This document shows positions 1-10,274 of a stretch of 41,066 nucleotides of DNA, piece after piece; position 1 is the first letter of the stretch; every line of letters starts with the position of its first letter. Position numbers and translations under genes: made by a program. The notes beneath the pieces are model-generated. The model searched no databases, was not told where the DNA came from, and saw only the letters and a list, made by a program, of their open reading frames with translations. Source of the stretch: an uncultured archaeon (GTDB lineage Archaea; Asgardarchaeota; Heimdallarchaeia; Heimdallarchaeales; Heimdallarchaeaceae); NCBI GenBank assembly GCA_964549075.1, contig CAZJUB010000018.1:1-41066 (forward strand). The letters run 5' to 3'.

Positions 1-1
1 T

Positions 2-1627
2 GGTATAAAATGCCATATATATAACTGAATCACTTAAGGATTCTATGATCCATCCTTCTCCTTTTGTTAATGGAAACTCTGTACATAATCCTCTTTTCCT
101 AACACAAGGTCGTTTGTCCAACCAATTAAATGTATTCTCAAATGTTTGTCTATATTTTTCTGGAATAATCATCATTTTGTTTAAAGCTTTGAATGCTGTT
201 TCTTTCCACTGTTTATCTCCATAATTGAGAAAGTATTGATCTTGAAGAACAGCTACTATTATCTGCCCCCCACATCTACAAAACGCTTTCTTAGAAGTTT
301 CATAGATTTCTGTGGCTTGATTATCTTCTTTAAGTTTCTTAGCTACGGCATTTTTGGCTTCTTCAACTCTTAATCCTTTGAATTTTCCTGTAATCTCCTT
401 CATAATTCCAGAATAAAATTCATCTTTGTATATAGTCTGAGTAGCTTTTTCGAGTTTTTGTGTATCATCTTGACTTTTTACACCTAACATTTCGCATAAT
501 TCTATGGCAGGAAATTCTCCATATCCTTTAACTGAAATTAATGATATAGGTTTGATATTATCTAAACGATCCTTCTTTAATTTATATTTTTCAATTGTAG
601 CTTCATCGTTTTGAAGATCAACTAAGGCTGCGTAATCATAAGGTGCATGTGCTGGTACACTGTAAACTACACCAGTAGCATGGTCTGTATCAACAAAAGT
701 TGCTGGATATATAGGAATTCTTGCACCAGTTATTGGTACTGAAACTTCTTCATCGACAAATTCCTTTCCTTTAATCTCCTTAATTACTATAATTTTATGA
801 TCTTGTTCTCTGAGCTTATTTGTTGCTTCTTTAGATACTATCCATTTCTCGTCATCAATACTAATTTCATTATAATCAGCTTCTGGATTTATCCATACAT
901 TTGTTGCACCATATACTGTTTCGGGACGTAAAGTTGCTGCGATTAAGTATGTGCCATCATCAAGTTTGAATTTGATTCCTACAAACTCACTAACTTCGAC
1001 TTTGAGTAAATCTCCATCTTGAATATCATCTTCACCAACTGCATTCTTATCATTAACACACCATAGGATGGGATAACTTCCTTTTGTAATCAATTTCTTC
1101 TCATTGAGAATTTTATATTGCCACTCAATGAATTTATTATATTCTTTATCTCCTGTTGTAAATTGACGAGTGTCATCTAACGAGAAACCCATCCCAAGAA
1201 AATCTTGAATAATAGCGTTTGCAAAGAAACTAGCAACATTTTCCTGATTTTCAAATGATGCAACGATTCCTTTTATCTTTACGGGATCTTTCTCATAAAT
1301 AGATACATAATCTTCATATGTCTTCCACATTTTTTTATCTTTGATTTTGATTTGATATGCAACTGCTTGAACTGGCGTTCCAGTAATATGAAATGCCATA
1401 GGCCAAAATACATTATATCCACTTTGTCTCTTATATCTAGCAAAGATGTCTCCAATGTTGTATGTTCTACAGTGCCCTATATGTAATGGTCCAGACGCAT
1501 AAGGATAAGGTACTGTAAGAAACCATTTAGTACGCGAGTGATCAATTTTTCCTATGAATATTCCATCTTCTTTCCATTTTTTCTGCCATTTTTTTTCTAT
1601 CTTTCGTATATCGTCTAGAAAGGTCAT
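2..1627 (-). CDS. leuS: Leucyl-tRNA synthetase, archaeal type (partial; 3' end runs off the window start)
   Basis: Not in the ORF track. Manual translation from ATG at 1627 gives MTFLDDIRKIEKKWQKKW...TVPYPYASGPLHIGH (class I HIGH motif), WPMAFHITGTP, AATLRPETVYGATNVW and the editing-domain motif ATGVVYSVPAHAPYDY. Confidence 0.95.
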   Translation of the reverse strand, partial: MTFLDDIRKIEKKWQKKWKEDGIFIGKIDHSRTKWFLTVPYPYASGPLHIGHCRTYNIGDIFARYKRQSGYNVFWPMAFHITGTPVQAVAYQIKIKDKKMWKTYEDYVSIYEKDPVKIKGIVASFENQENVASFFANAIIQDFLGMGFSLDDTRQFTTGDKEYNKFIEWQYKILNEKKLITKGSYPILWCVNDKNAVGEDDIQDGDLLKVEVSEFVGIKFKLDDGTYLIAATLRPETVYGATNVWINPEADYNEISIDDEKWIVSKEATNKLREQDHKIIVIKEIKGKEFVDEEVSVPITGARIPIYPATFVDTDHATGVVYSVPAHAPYDYAALVDLQNDEATIEKYKLKKDRLDNIKPISLISVKGYGEFPAIELCEMLGVKSQDDTQKLEKATQTIYKDEFYSGIMKEITGKFKGLRVEEAKNAVAKKLKEDNQATEIYETSKKAFCRCGGQIIVAVLQDQYFLNYGDKQWKETAFKALNKMMIIPEKYRQTFENTFNWLDKRPCVRKRGLCTEFPLTKGEGWIIESLSDSVIYMAFYT

Positions 1628-1762
1628 CTTGAATTCTCCATTATTGTGAGTTACTTTTTACAATGTGGAAGCTTGTTCTTTTACTGAAGTCAGCGATTAC
1701 AGATTAAAAGAGTTATCTTTGAGCTTATTAAAGTGAAATAACACCTTTCTATTAGGTATTGA

Positions 1763-2869
1763 CTAGGTATGTGAATGGCTTTGAACACGTGGTTTAAATG
1801 CGAAAAATTGTTCTACCAATGCCGAGATTTCTTCTTCAGTTTGATTCTCTGTTAAATGATTTAGAAGATTTCTTGTAGCTTGTCTAAGATAATAGGTTGA
1901 AAATTTACTGCTAACAAAGCAAATATATTCTTCAAAAGATTCGATCATCAAATTATTATCCCCCAAATCAATTTCTTTTGGGTATACTTTAGCACCAATA
2001 AGTTCTCCTGCAAATTCAGAAAAAGCTGCTGTTACTCCAAGTACACTATATCCTCCAATTGTGAGATTTCTTTTAGCTGAAGCGGTGTAGATTGAAGTGC
2101 CATCGTTTTTGAAAATAAAGATGGCATATACTTCTGTTGAGTAAAAAAATGCTTCAATTCCTCCTAAATAGATTGAAATACTTATAATTAGCGCACCTAC
2201 TGCCACTGGAATATATTCCATATGTAATAGCATAATTTCATCTGTTATTGTATATAGAATCTTTCTAATTGCAAAAATTAAGGAACTGATAAAGAAAGAA
2301 ATAATCACTCCAACAATCATAATATCAACGACTCTTCGATATTTTTGTTCGGTAAAATTTCTCTGTTTAATAAGAAAAATTAAAAAAATCAAACCAGCAA
2401 GCAGTGATAAAGCTGTATCAAAAATTACCCATGTAAGGCTAGTTTTTGCAATAAAGAAATAGTAATTTCCCGAAATTATATTTTGATTTACAACAACATA
2501 ATCTTTTGATAAAGTTAAACCAACGACACCACCCAAAAGAAAGAAAGAAATTCCAAGAACAAATGGTGCAGATGGACTTTTTTTATCAATCATTCTTACA
2601 AAAAGAATAATTGAAATCATACCTACCATACTAGCTATTGTTGCAAATCTTGAGAAAAACAATGCTTGTGCTTCTCCAAGATGTGGGGGTTGACTAAAAT
2701 ACACAATAAGAATATTGCATATAATCCACAATATAATGCAAATTATCAAACCAAGAAAATAATATACAGCTCTGGATGAACTCCTACTCTGTTTTTCTAC
2801 CACTAAAATTACAGCTAGTAATAAAATCAACAGTGAAACAATACCAATAATATAGGAAACCCACACCAT
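1763..2869 (-). CDS. 7TM membrane protein (HisKA_7TM-like) with C-terminal longin/roadblock-like domain
   Basis: Seven hydrophobic segments in aa 1-240. A soluble ~125 aa tail follows with a beta-beta-alpha-beta-beta-beta-alpha pattern (VYAIFIFKNDGTSIY...GVTAAFSEFAGEL...KEIDLGDNNLMIE...ICFVSS). Confidence 0.65.
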   Translation of the reverse strand: MVWVSYIIGIVSLLILLLAVILVVEKQSRSSSRAVYYFLGLIICIILWIICNILIVYFSQPPHLGEAQALFFSRFATIASMVGMISIILFVRMIDKKSPSAPFVLGISFFLLGGVVGLTLSKDYVVVNQNIISGNYYFFIAKTSLTWVIFDTALSLLAGLIFLIFLIKQRNFTEQKYRRVVDIMIVGVIISFFISSLIFAIRKILYTITDEIMLLHMEYIPVAVGALIISISIYLGGIEAFFYSTEVYAIFIFKNDGTSIYTASAKRNLTIGGYSVLGVTAAFSEFAGELIGAKVYPKEIDLGDNNLMIESFEEYICFVSSKFSTYYLRQATRNLLNHLTENQTEEEISALVEQFFAFKPRVQSHSHT

Positions 2870-2936
2870 GAAAGAAAATAACCTAATATTATTTATATAT
2901 TTATTCCAAAAATAAGCGTGAAAGGTAATTTTAAAT

Positions 2937-4280
2937 TTAAATTACAAAGTATTCTTTATCAACATCTCTAGATTTTAGACCTAATTTTGAAACTTTAAAC
3001 GATATTCCTCCATACAACTCTGCGATTTCTTTATCTTGATACACAGCTTCAGCAATTCTTCCGATGGCATCAGCTTTCATTATTCCACTACCTGAACCTG
3101 CTGTGACTATTTGGAGACCTTTTATTCCATCTGGTTTGAAAATAACTGGATTTTTATCTATTGTGTTCATCGCATAGAATCCAGCCCAACTATTTGTCAA
3201 AGGTAGATCTTTTAGAATTGGGAAATACTCAGATAGTATGAGGTAGCGATCATATTCATAATCTCTTGGATTTGCCTCTTTATCATCCAACGGATTGTGT
3301 CCTTCCTTGTATTGATTTATATTTGTGATGATAAATGGTTTTCCAACTGTCGAACCCCCACCTATCCAAATACTATTATTATTTTTAACAGGTTTAACAT
3401 GAATACCATGAACTGGGAATATAAAGAAAGGAGTTGTTTTTTCTTCATTAAAGAATTCGTTATTTAGTAATTCAGACAATTTATCATGCTGAACTCTGAA
3501 CAAGTATTTTTTAAGTGGCATCACTTGAGCATTGACTCCCAAAGGTAAAAGAAGTTCATTTGACCATGCTCCAGTCGCAACAATAAATGATTTTGAACTA
3601 ATTGTCTTTCCTTCAGCTGTTTTTGCTGAACCAATTTTCTTTTTCTGCCATCCTACAGGCTCACCTGGAATACCTAATCTTTCCCCATCTGGTTCGAGTA
3701 CCAATTCAATAATATGAGTTGAGTAGTGTGTTTCTCCGCCCAATCTTTTAAATTCGGTCTCGTAGAAATCTCTAGTAATCTTGTCTGCATCTAATTCACC
3801 ACAATCATAGCCAAGAATACCAAAATCAATATTTCTTAAACCAAGCATTTGAGCTTCATCATTACCTTCAAAATCCGTAACTAATTCAGGTATTTTCTGT
3901 TTGATATCATCCTTCTCAAGAATATCTATCCTAATTTTTTTATCAAGCATTTTTTCTATTGCTGGTTTGTTTGTTTCAAATTGTTCTCTATCCATTAACC
4001 AGAGATAAGTAATCTCTTTAAGTGACAAATCAAAACCTAAATCATTTTGAACATGTTTAAAGAAATTTACAGTTGTACTACTTAAAATCAAATTGACTTC
4101 TGATGAAAAAGTATCTCTATACATTGCAGCAGATTGGGCTGTGTTTCCCGCTCCTGCTGATGCTGCCTTATCTACAACTAAAACTTTTAAGTTTTCATCT
4201 TCGCTCTTTATATGGTATGCTGTCGCCATTCCAAAGATGCCTGCACCAATTATTACTACATCGTATTCTGATTCGTTCAT
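2937..4280 (-). CDS. FAD-dependent oxidoreductase, DAO/sarcosine oxidase beta/proline dehydrogenase family
   Basis: YDVVIIGAGIFG dinucleotide-binding motif, GNTAQSAA, IVATGAWS and C-terminal WAGFY...GSGIMKADAIG. Confidence 0.88.
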   Translation of the reverse strand: MNESEYDVVIIGAGIFGMATAYHIKSEDENLKVLVVDKAASAGAGNTAQSAAMYRDTFSSEVNLILSSTTVNFFKHVQNDLGFDLSLKEITYLWLMDREQFETNKPAIEKMLDKKIRIDILEKDDIKQKIPELVTDFEGNDEAQMLGLRNIDFGILGYDCGELDADKITRDFYETEFKRLGGETHYSTHIIELVLEPDGERLGIPGEPVGWQKKKIGSAKTAEGKTISSKSFIVATGAWSNELLLPLGVNAQVMPLKKYLFRVQHDKLSELLNNEFFNEEKTTPFFIFPVHGIHVKPVKNNNSIWIGGGSTVGKPFIITNINQYKEGHNPLDDKEANPRDYEYDRYLILSEYFPILKDLPLTNSWAGFYAMNTIDKNPVIFKPDGIKGLQIVTAGSGSGIMKADAIGRIAEAVYQDKEIAELYGGISFKVSKLGLKSRDVDKEYFVI

Positions 4281-4416
4281 AGTTGTGTTCTACCTGAATT
4301 AAAGTAAATTATACCTAACTAATTTATTGTATTATAAAAAGATTCTACCTAAAACTATAGTCACATCATTGTATTTTTAAGCATGAGTTCTTCAGCTAAT
4401 GTAAGGAGTTGTTGTC

Positions 4417-5226
4417 ATGCACACATTGCCTTTAACAGAAGAAGATAAAAAAATAGTAGAAACACTTTCTAAAATTAAGAATAAAATTGCAATTCTTTCA
4501 GGTAAAGGAGGAACTGGAAAAACTACTGTAACAGTCAATATCGCTCAAACCTTATCTAATATGGGTTTCAAAGTTGGAGTTCTTGATGCGGATATCACTG
4601 GTCCAAATGTACCATTAATGTTTGGAGTTGAAGATGATCAAATGACCTCAACAGATGATAAAATCCAACCAGTAGAAGCAGAAAAAATAAAGATTGTTTC
4701 AATGGAATTTTTACTTCAAGATAAAACCAATGCCATTATTTGGCGAGGTCCTATGAAAATCAAAGCTCTAAAACAGCTACTAGCAGATGTTAATTGGGGT
4801 GAATTGGATTTTCTCATAGTTGACTTGCCACCTGGCAGTAGTGATGAACCTCTATCAATTGTACAAACCATTAAGGATTTAGATGGAATGGTTGTTGTTA
4901 CTACACCACAAAATGTTTCATTACTTGATGTAACAAAATCAATTAATTTTGCTCGAGTAACAAATACACCAGTAATTGGAATAATCGAGAACATGTCCGG
5001 TTTTATGTGCCCCAATTGTAATGAAACAACATATATCTTCAAAAAAGATGGGGGAAAGAATATGGCAGAACAATTATCACTAGATTTCTTAGGTGCAATT
5101 CCGTTATATTCACAAATCTGTGAAGCAGGGGATAGAGGAAGACCTGCTGTTCAACAAAATGAAAATATTGCAGAGATATTCAAATCAATTGTAAAGAAGA
5201 TACTCGAAAAACTACAAGAAAAGTGA
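4417..5226 (+). CDS. apbC: Mrp/NBP35 (ApbC) Fe-S cluster carrier ATPase
   Basis: Deviant Walker A SGKGGTGKTT, DADITGPN, WRGPM, DLPPG, VTTPQ and ENMSGFMCPNC. Confidence 0.93.
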   Translation: MHTLPLTEEDKKIVETLSKIKNKIAILSGKGGTGKTTVTVNIAQTLSNMGFKVGVLDADITGPNVPLMFGVEDDQMTSTDDKIQPVEAEKIKIVSMEFLLQDKTNAIIWRGPMKIKALKQLLADVNWGELDFLIVDLPPGSSDEPLSIVQTIKDLDGMVVVTTPQNVSLLDVTKSINFARVTNTPVIGIIENMSGFMCPNCNETTYIFKKDGGKNMAEQLSLDFLGAIPLYSQICEAGDRGRPAVQQNENIAEIFKSIVKKILEKLQEK

Positions 5227-5319
5227 TTTTGCATTTTTTAAAATTTTAATCAACTTAAATAAGGCAGATTCTTTCGCAATGTTTTTGTATTTCAATTTTC
5301 ATATTTTCTTTTGATTCAT

Positions 5320-7749
5320 ATGAATTTTACAAAAAATAGATTAGTGCTCTTTAGTTGTTTAATTACGACTATCCTTCTTTCTTCCACATTTACTACAATC
5401 AATGTTTTAGCTTATGATTGGAATACAACTCAAACATATAACGTACAGGAAGATGACAATATCGGATATGGTGTTTTTGACGGTAATAGGGCAATAGAAA
5501 ACCAACTCTTAGAAAATGAATATGATACGGATATAAGATATGTACAATTAGACTCTAGCTCAACTACTGAAACAATGGGAGATGACTCAACTGATTTTAG
5601 AACATCAGCTGATTCTTCTTATTATAACAGCTATATGAGATTCGATTTAGATAGTTCCGAATGGAAACTACTCCCCACTTACTTCCAAGCTTTTAATAAC
5701 ACAGAAAATGGTCCAAATCTTCAAGTAACAACTGGGGTAAATAATCAAGGATATCTCGATTTAGGTGGTAAAACAGCTGTTGAACTATATCCTGGAATTA
5801 TCTATGTTTTCAAAGTGAATCTGGTTGCAGGAAAGATGTTTGATTTAAACTTTAAAACTACAACTAGTTTGAACTATTACATCTTCTTTAATGACATATT
5901 ATCCGATAGTGGAACAGCAAATTTAATATCAAGAAATGTTTATCCACTTGTTTCTAGAGCTTCAGGAGATTACTTCATCTATCTTATTAGTAGTAGTTAT
6001 AATTATGTTATAATTCAGCCTAGAGAAATTGAAGTTAATCATATAGCTCCCAATGAGCTAGTTGCGGGATACTTTGTAAATGAACCAAACAATATTTGGA
6101 ATGAGACAAAACAAACAACAGAACCTAACAAAGACAAGGAGACTATACATGCATATTATCTCAAATTAGGTGCAGGAACTTATCTCTTCAAATATGTTAA
6201 ATTTGATACTTATGATACTACAGCACATATTATGCCATCTGTCACTTGGGCTACAACAGGTTCTACTCCTAGCTATTATGATAGATCAATAAACACTAAT
6301 CCAACAACAAAACAATTGTATCATTTTGAGGAAACAACAACTGTTGTTATCTATATAGATGCAGAGTATTTCAATACCGCTTGGACAGAATTTGATTATT
6401 TCTTCTCAGTAAATGAACTTGAAACACCAATTCTTCAGCCAGGAGATACTTACGATTATGAAGATACATTCTTCTATTTCGGAATAGAAGTTGAAGAAAC
6501 ACAAGCAGTATACTTCAATATGACTGGAATGAGTTTTACCTCATGGTTCTTCCAATATATAGACAAAACCCATGTTCTTCGTAGTAATTATGCTTTTCAA
6601 GCAAATGCAATTTCAGCAGAAAAAATAGTTCTAGAACCTGGTTATTATTTCTTTATGTATCAAAGTGAAGGCACATATGATTTAGAACTTCAATATCATG
6701 CAGTAGTATCTCAAACTTATGAAAGCGGTAATTTGGACTTTACCATTAATCAACGAGATGGAATGTCTTCCAACCAGAAACTAATAAAAATAGTTAATAC
6801 AGATTTTAGATATCATAACTACAATATTAGTTTGGTAACACAAGGGAATTATTCTGTTGAAGTAGGACGAACTATATATTTCGGAAGTTATGTAAAACAA
6901 TTTCAGTCCTACGCATTCTACAGACTAGGCTATCAGCAAGTATCTGGAGTATATCAACCATATAATTCTGTAGATTATCAATTGTTAAATATCCTTTCGC
7001 CAGGTACTGAATATGTCTATTATCTACTTGTTGATATTCTAGAAGTATACAATAATACAGGATATTCATATCCTAGTTATGGAATTGCCTACTCAGATCC
7101 TGTCTCTATCACACTTAGATTCAAAGAAGATACTGCTGTTCCTGAAGCGTTAGATGCGGTCAATATAAACTATATTTCTGCTTCCCTTAGTGAAGTTGGA
7201 AGTGGAACAATTTCTAGAAATTTTGATACTGCAATCAATAATTATGATTTGTATATAATTCAAGCATCTGTTCCTCTTCATACATGGTATAATCTTAAAA
7301 TAACTATTAATAATGGATTACGCGATAGCAATACATATTCCTTGAAGAATTATGATGGAATACGAGATTATAGAGTTAGATATCATTCAGTATGGAATAG
7401 ATACATCTGTCTAGACCCATATTCTAATACTCTCTTTGTCAACTATGATTCATCTAATATCACTAATGTATTGTTTGAAGTAGAGTTTGGAACTGTTGAT
7501 ACAAATCTGATCTTTATGTTTGCAGTAAGCCACGTCGGTACAAATGGTTCGATTACATTTGATTTTGTTCCACACGATTCTACTCTCGTTTCTCCAAACG
7601 ATCCGGGTAAATTCCTTGGAGGAGGATTGGGTCTTATTGGCTCTATTATTCTGGGGATTGTAGGTGGAGGTTTAGCTGTAGCTGCAATAGTTATACTGAT
7701 CGTAAAAGTAATTGTACCTAGGTCGAAAACTCCTTCCCAAAGCTATTAA
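5320..7749 (+). CDS. Large secreted, C-terminally membrane-anchored surface (glyco)protein of unknown function
   Basis: Signal peptide (MNFTKNRLVLFSCLITTILLSS...VLA), a Tyr/Thr/Ser/Asn-rich beta-like body with many N-x-S/T sequons, a Gly-rich C-terminal TM helix and a short tail. ATG at 5320 preferred over TTG at 5311. Confidence 0.75.
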   Translation: MNFTKNRLVLFSCLITTILLSSTFTTINVLAYDWNTTQTYNVQEDDNIGYGVFDGNRAIENQLLENEYDTDIRYVQLDSSSTTETMGDDSTDFRTSADSSYYNSYMRFDLDSSEWKLLPTYFQAFNNTENGPNLQVTTGVNNQGYLDLGGKTAVELYPGIIYVFKVNLVAGKMFDLNFKTTTSLNYYIFFNDILSDSGTANLISRNVYPLVSRASGDYFIYLISSSYNYVIIQPREIEVNHIAPNELVAGYFVNEPNNIWNETKQTTEPNKDKETIHAYYLKLGAGTYLFKYVKFDTYDTTAHIMPSVTWATTGSTPSYYDRSINTNPTTKQLYHFEETTTVVIYIDAEYFNTAWTEFDYFFSVNELETPILQPGDTYDYEDTFFYFGIEVEETQAVYFNMTGMSFTSWFFQYIDKTHVLRSNYAFQANAISAEKIVLEPGYYFFMYQSEGTYDLELQYHAVVSQTYESGNLDFTINQRDGMSSNQKLIKIVNTDFRYHNYNISLVTQGNYSVEVGRTIYFGSYVKQFQSYAFYRLGYQQVSGVYQPYNSVDYQLLNILSPGTEYVYYLLVDILEVYNNTGYSYPSYGIAYSDPVSITLRFKEDTAVPEALDAVNINYISASLSEVGSGTISRNFDTAINNYDLYIIQASVPLHTWYNLKITINNGLRDSNTYSLKNYDGIRDYRVRYHSVWNRYICLDPYSNTLFVNYDSSNITNVLFEVEFGTVDTNLIFMFAVSHVGTNGSITFDFVPHDSTLVSPNDPGKFLGGGLGLIGSIILGIVGGGLAVAAIVILIVKVIVPRSKTPSQSY

Positions 7750-7769
7750 TCCCTTTTTCTTTTTCTTTT

Positions 7770-8723
7770 TTATTCTATTTTTTTTCTAATGAGATTAAAA
7801 AAATCTGTAAGATCTACATTTCCACCAGATATGATGATTCCTATTTTCTTTGAAGATAGTTCTCTTTTCTTAGATAAGACTCCTGCCAAAGATACAGCTC
7901 CAGATGGTTCTACAACCAGTTTCATTCTTGACCATAAAAATTCCATTGCATTAATTATCTCCTCTTCCGTTACTGTAATAATATCATCTACCTTTTCCAT
8001 TATGATTCTGAAGGAATTCGTTCCTAATGAAACTCTTAAACCATCAGCAATAGTGTTTGGATTTTGAACAAGGTATCGTTTTCCATCCTTAAATGATCTA
8101 TAAGCATCATCAGCGTTTTTTGGTTCTACTCCTATTACTTTAGCATTAGGACACAGATTTTTTGTTGTTATGGCAGTTCCAGATAATAACCCTCCACCTC
8201 CACAAGGAGCAAAAATGTAATCTAGATCACCTACTTCTTTGATTAATTCATATGCGACTGTACTTTGACCATAAATGACATCAAAATTATTGTTGGAATG
8301 GATGAGGGTGTATCCATATTTCTCAATTAGCTTGTTTGATGTTTCCTCTCTATCAGTTGGTTTGTTACCACAAAAAATTACTTCTGCACCATAACCTTTT
8401 GTTGCTGCTACCTTAATTTTGGGAGCATTCTCGGGCATTACTACAACTGCTTTTACTCCCGCCATCTTAGCAGCTAGTGAAAGAGCTTGAGCATGATTCC
8501 CTGAAGAATGTGTCGTAACACCTTTCTCTTTTTGTTCTGCTGTTAAACAAGAGATTGCATTGAACGCTCCTCTAAATTTAAAAGATCCAGTTCTTTGGAA
8601 ACTTTCCATTTTGCAATAACATTTGGCACCAGTTAAACTGTTTAAAGTAGTTGATGTCATTATGGGGGTTTTGTTGACTGCTTTTTTTATTCTATTATAT
8701 GCTTCTTCTATGCTTCTAGCCAT
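7770..8723 (-). CDS. PLP-dependent serine/threonine dehydratase / serine racemase family
   Basis: KMESFQRTGSFKFRGA (PLP lysine), HSSGNHAQ, PCGGGGL, TIADGL, EPSGA and ISGGNVD. No ACT domain. Confidence 0.92.
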   Translation of the reverse strand: MARSIEEAYNRIKKAVNKTPIMTSTTLNSLTGAKCYCKMESFQRTGSFKFRGAFNAISCLTAEQKEKGVTTHSSGNHAQALSLAAKMAGVKAVVVMPENAPKIKVAATKGYGAEVIFCGNKPTDREETSNKLIEKYGYTLIHSNNNFDVIYGQSTVAYELIKEVGDLDYIFAPCGGGGLLSGTAITTKNLCPNAKVIGVEPKNADDAYRSFKDGKRYLVQNPNTIADGLRVSLGTNSFRIIMEKVDDIITVTEEEIINAMEFLWSRMKLVVEPSGAVSLAGVLSKKRELSSKKIGIIISGGNVDLTDFFNLIRKKIE

Positions 8724-8740
8724 CTTACTCACTTAGATTT

Positions 8741-10102
8741 TTAATGACGACTTTTTCCTGTGAAATTGAAAGATTTTAATTTAATAGCTGGACAATTACA
8801 TGTAATTCCTTTTTCAATCTCTTTGCTTATCAAAGGCACATCTTTTAGACATTCGGTTAGTTTGTCTGTAAATCTGAAATTCTTTGCAGCGGACACGACT
8901 TCCCCATCTTCTATATACAGTAACCCATCTCTAGTTAATCCTGTTATAGCTCCCAATTTTCTATTTACGAAATTTGTATAATGAAGTCTATTGACAAAGA
9001 AACCTCTCTCTGTTTCCTCAATCATTTCTGGAATTGAAGAATCTCCTTGATAAAGAACTAAGTTCAAAGGCCTGACTCCTCCAAATACATAATCACTGTA
9101 TGGAATTATTTGATGTCCCGTAGTTTCTTCTTTATTATTTAGATATCTAGATGCAAGAAAACTATTGTAGATTACTGTTTTTGGAATACCTTCTTCAATA
9201 ATGAAAGTTGGTTTTTTTCTAACACCTTCCCCATCAATTGGAGAAGCTAAAATTGTATTATTATTTAATGGATCATCTTGTAAGGTAATTTTCTTATCAA
9301 ATAGCTGGGAACCTATTTGATCTGTTATAAAACTCTGACCTTCATGATAGCCTGTTCCACCAAATCCAAATGAAAGGAATTGAATAAGAGTTCTTGTTGC
9401 TGATGGGGAGAGAATTACTTCATATTCACCCTGAGGATAATCTCTGGCATAACAAGTATTTACTGATAATTCAGTTGCTTTTCTAGCTAAATCTACCGGG
9501 TTAAGATTTGATGGATTTCTAACATATTGTTCCTCTTTTGCATAACCTTTATTTTCTTTTTCAGTCAGTGCATTAACAGTTAATCCGTTGAAAGTAATTC
9601 TATGTGAAATATCTATGTCATTAGAATTAATGATACGGAATCTTAAATCAGTTGTATGGACTGAACCTGCTAATTTCACATTTTTATCAACTTTTTCTGC
9701 TTCTCCAACTGCAGCTTCAACAATATCAGCTCTTTGGAATTCGTCCAAAAGATTATTTGTTGAATCTATATTTTCAATCGATGATTTAGTGTTTTCAGGA
9801 AAACCTTGAAAAAATGGTATTTCTGGAACAAAACTTAACATTTTTTCCAATTGATTTATACTTGAATCTATTGCTGCTTTTGTCAAAGATGATGATGATA
9901 TAGAACCTAGTTTTTTTCCTTCTGAAACTCTAAAAAGAAATCGATACATATGATCAGATACGTTCTGATGAATGGTTGAATTCGCATATCTTGTTAAAGC
10001 ATGAAATCTATCAATACTACATAGTTCATAACCACTGAATCTTTTTGATTCTAAAGTTTTTAATGTGTATTCTATTAGAGAATTAAAACTATCGGAGAAC
10101 AT
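8741..10102 (-). CDS. TldD/PmbA family protein, PmbA/TldE-like (no HExxH)
   Basis: TRYANSTIHQN, GEYEVILSP, ITLQDDP...DGEG...IIEEG, TTGH and GLTRDGLLYIEDGEV...NFRF. Confidence 0.88.
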   Translation of the reverse strand: MFSDSFNSLIEYTLKTLESKRFSGYELCSIDRFHALTRYANSTIHQNVSDHMYRFLFRVSEGKKLGSISSSSLTKAAIDSSINQLEKMLSFVPEIPFFQGFPENTKSSIENIDSTNNLLDEFQRADIVEAAVGEAEKVDKNVKLAGSVHTTDLRFRIINSNDIDISHRITFNGLTVNALTEKENKGYAKEEQYVRNPSNLNPVDLARKATELSVNTCYARDYPQGEYEVILSPSATRTLIQFLSFGFGGTGYHEGQSFITDQIGSQLFDKKITLQDDPLNNNTILASPIDGEGVRKKPTFIIEEGIPKTVIYNSFLASRYLNNKEETTGHQIIPYSDYVFGGVRPLNLVLYQGDSSIPEMIEETERGFFVNRLHYTNFVNRKLGAITGLTRDGLLYIEDGEVVSAAKNFRFTDKLTECLKDVPLISKEIEKGITCNCPAIKLKSFNFTGKSRH

Positions 10103-10274
10103 AATATCACTTATTTATATCAGTAATCTGAATATCTACCGATTTTAACCCAAATTATGCTGAATAAAAACATTTCTCTGATTTTTGGATTTACGCTCTA
10201 TTTTTGAAGTTTTTTTAATATCGTTTGTGTAGTTCACCAAAATTGTTTTATTCTATTTGTTCTAATTCGGTGTT

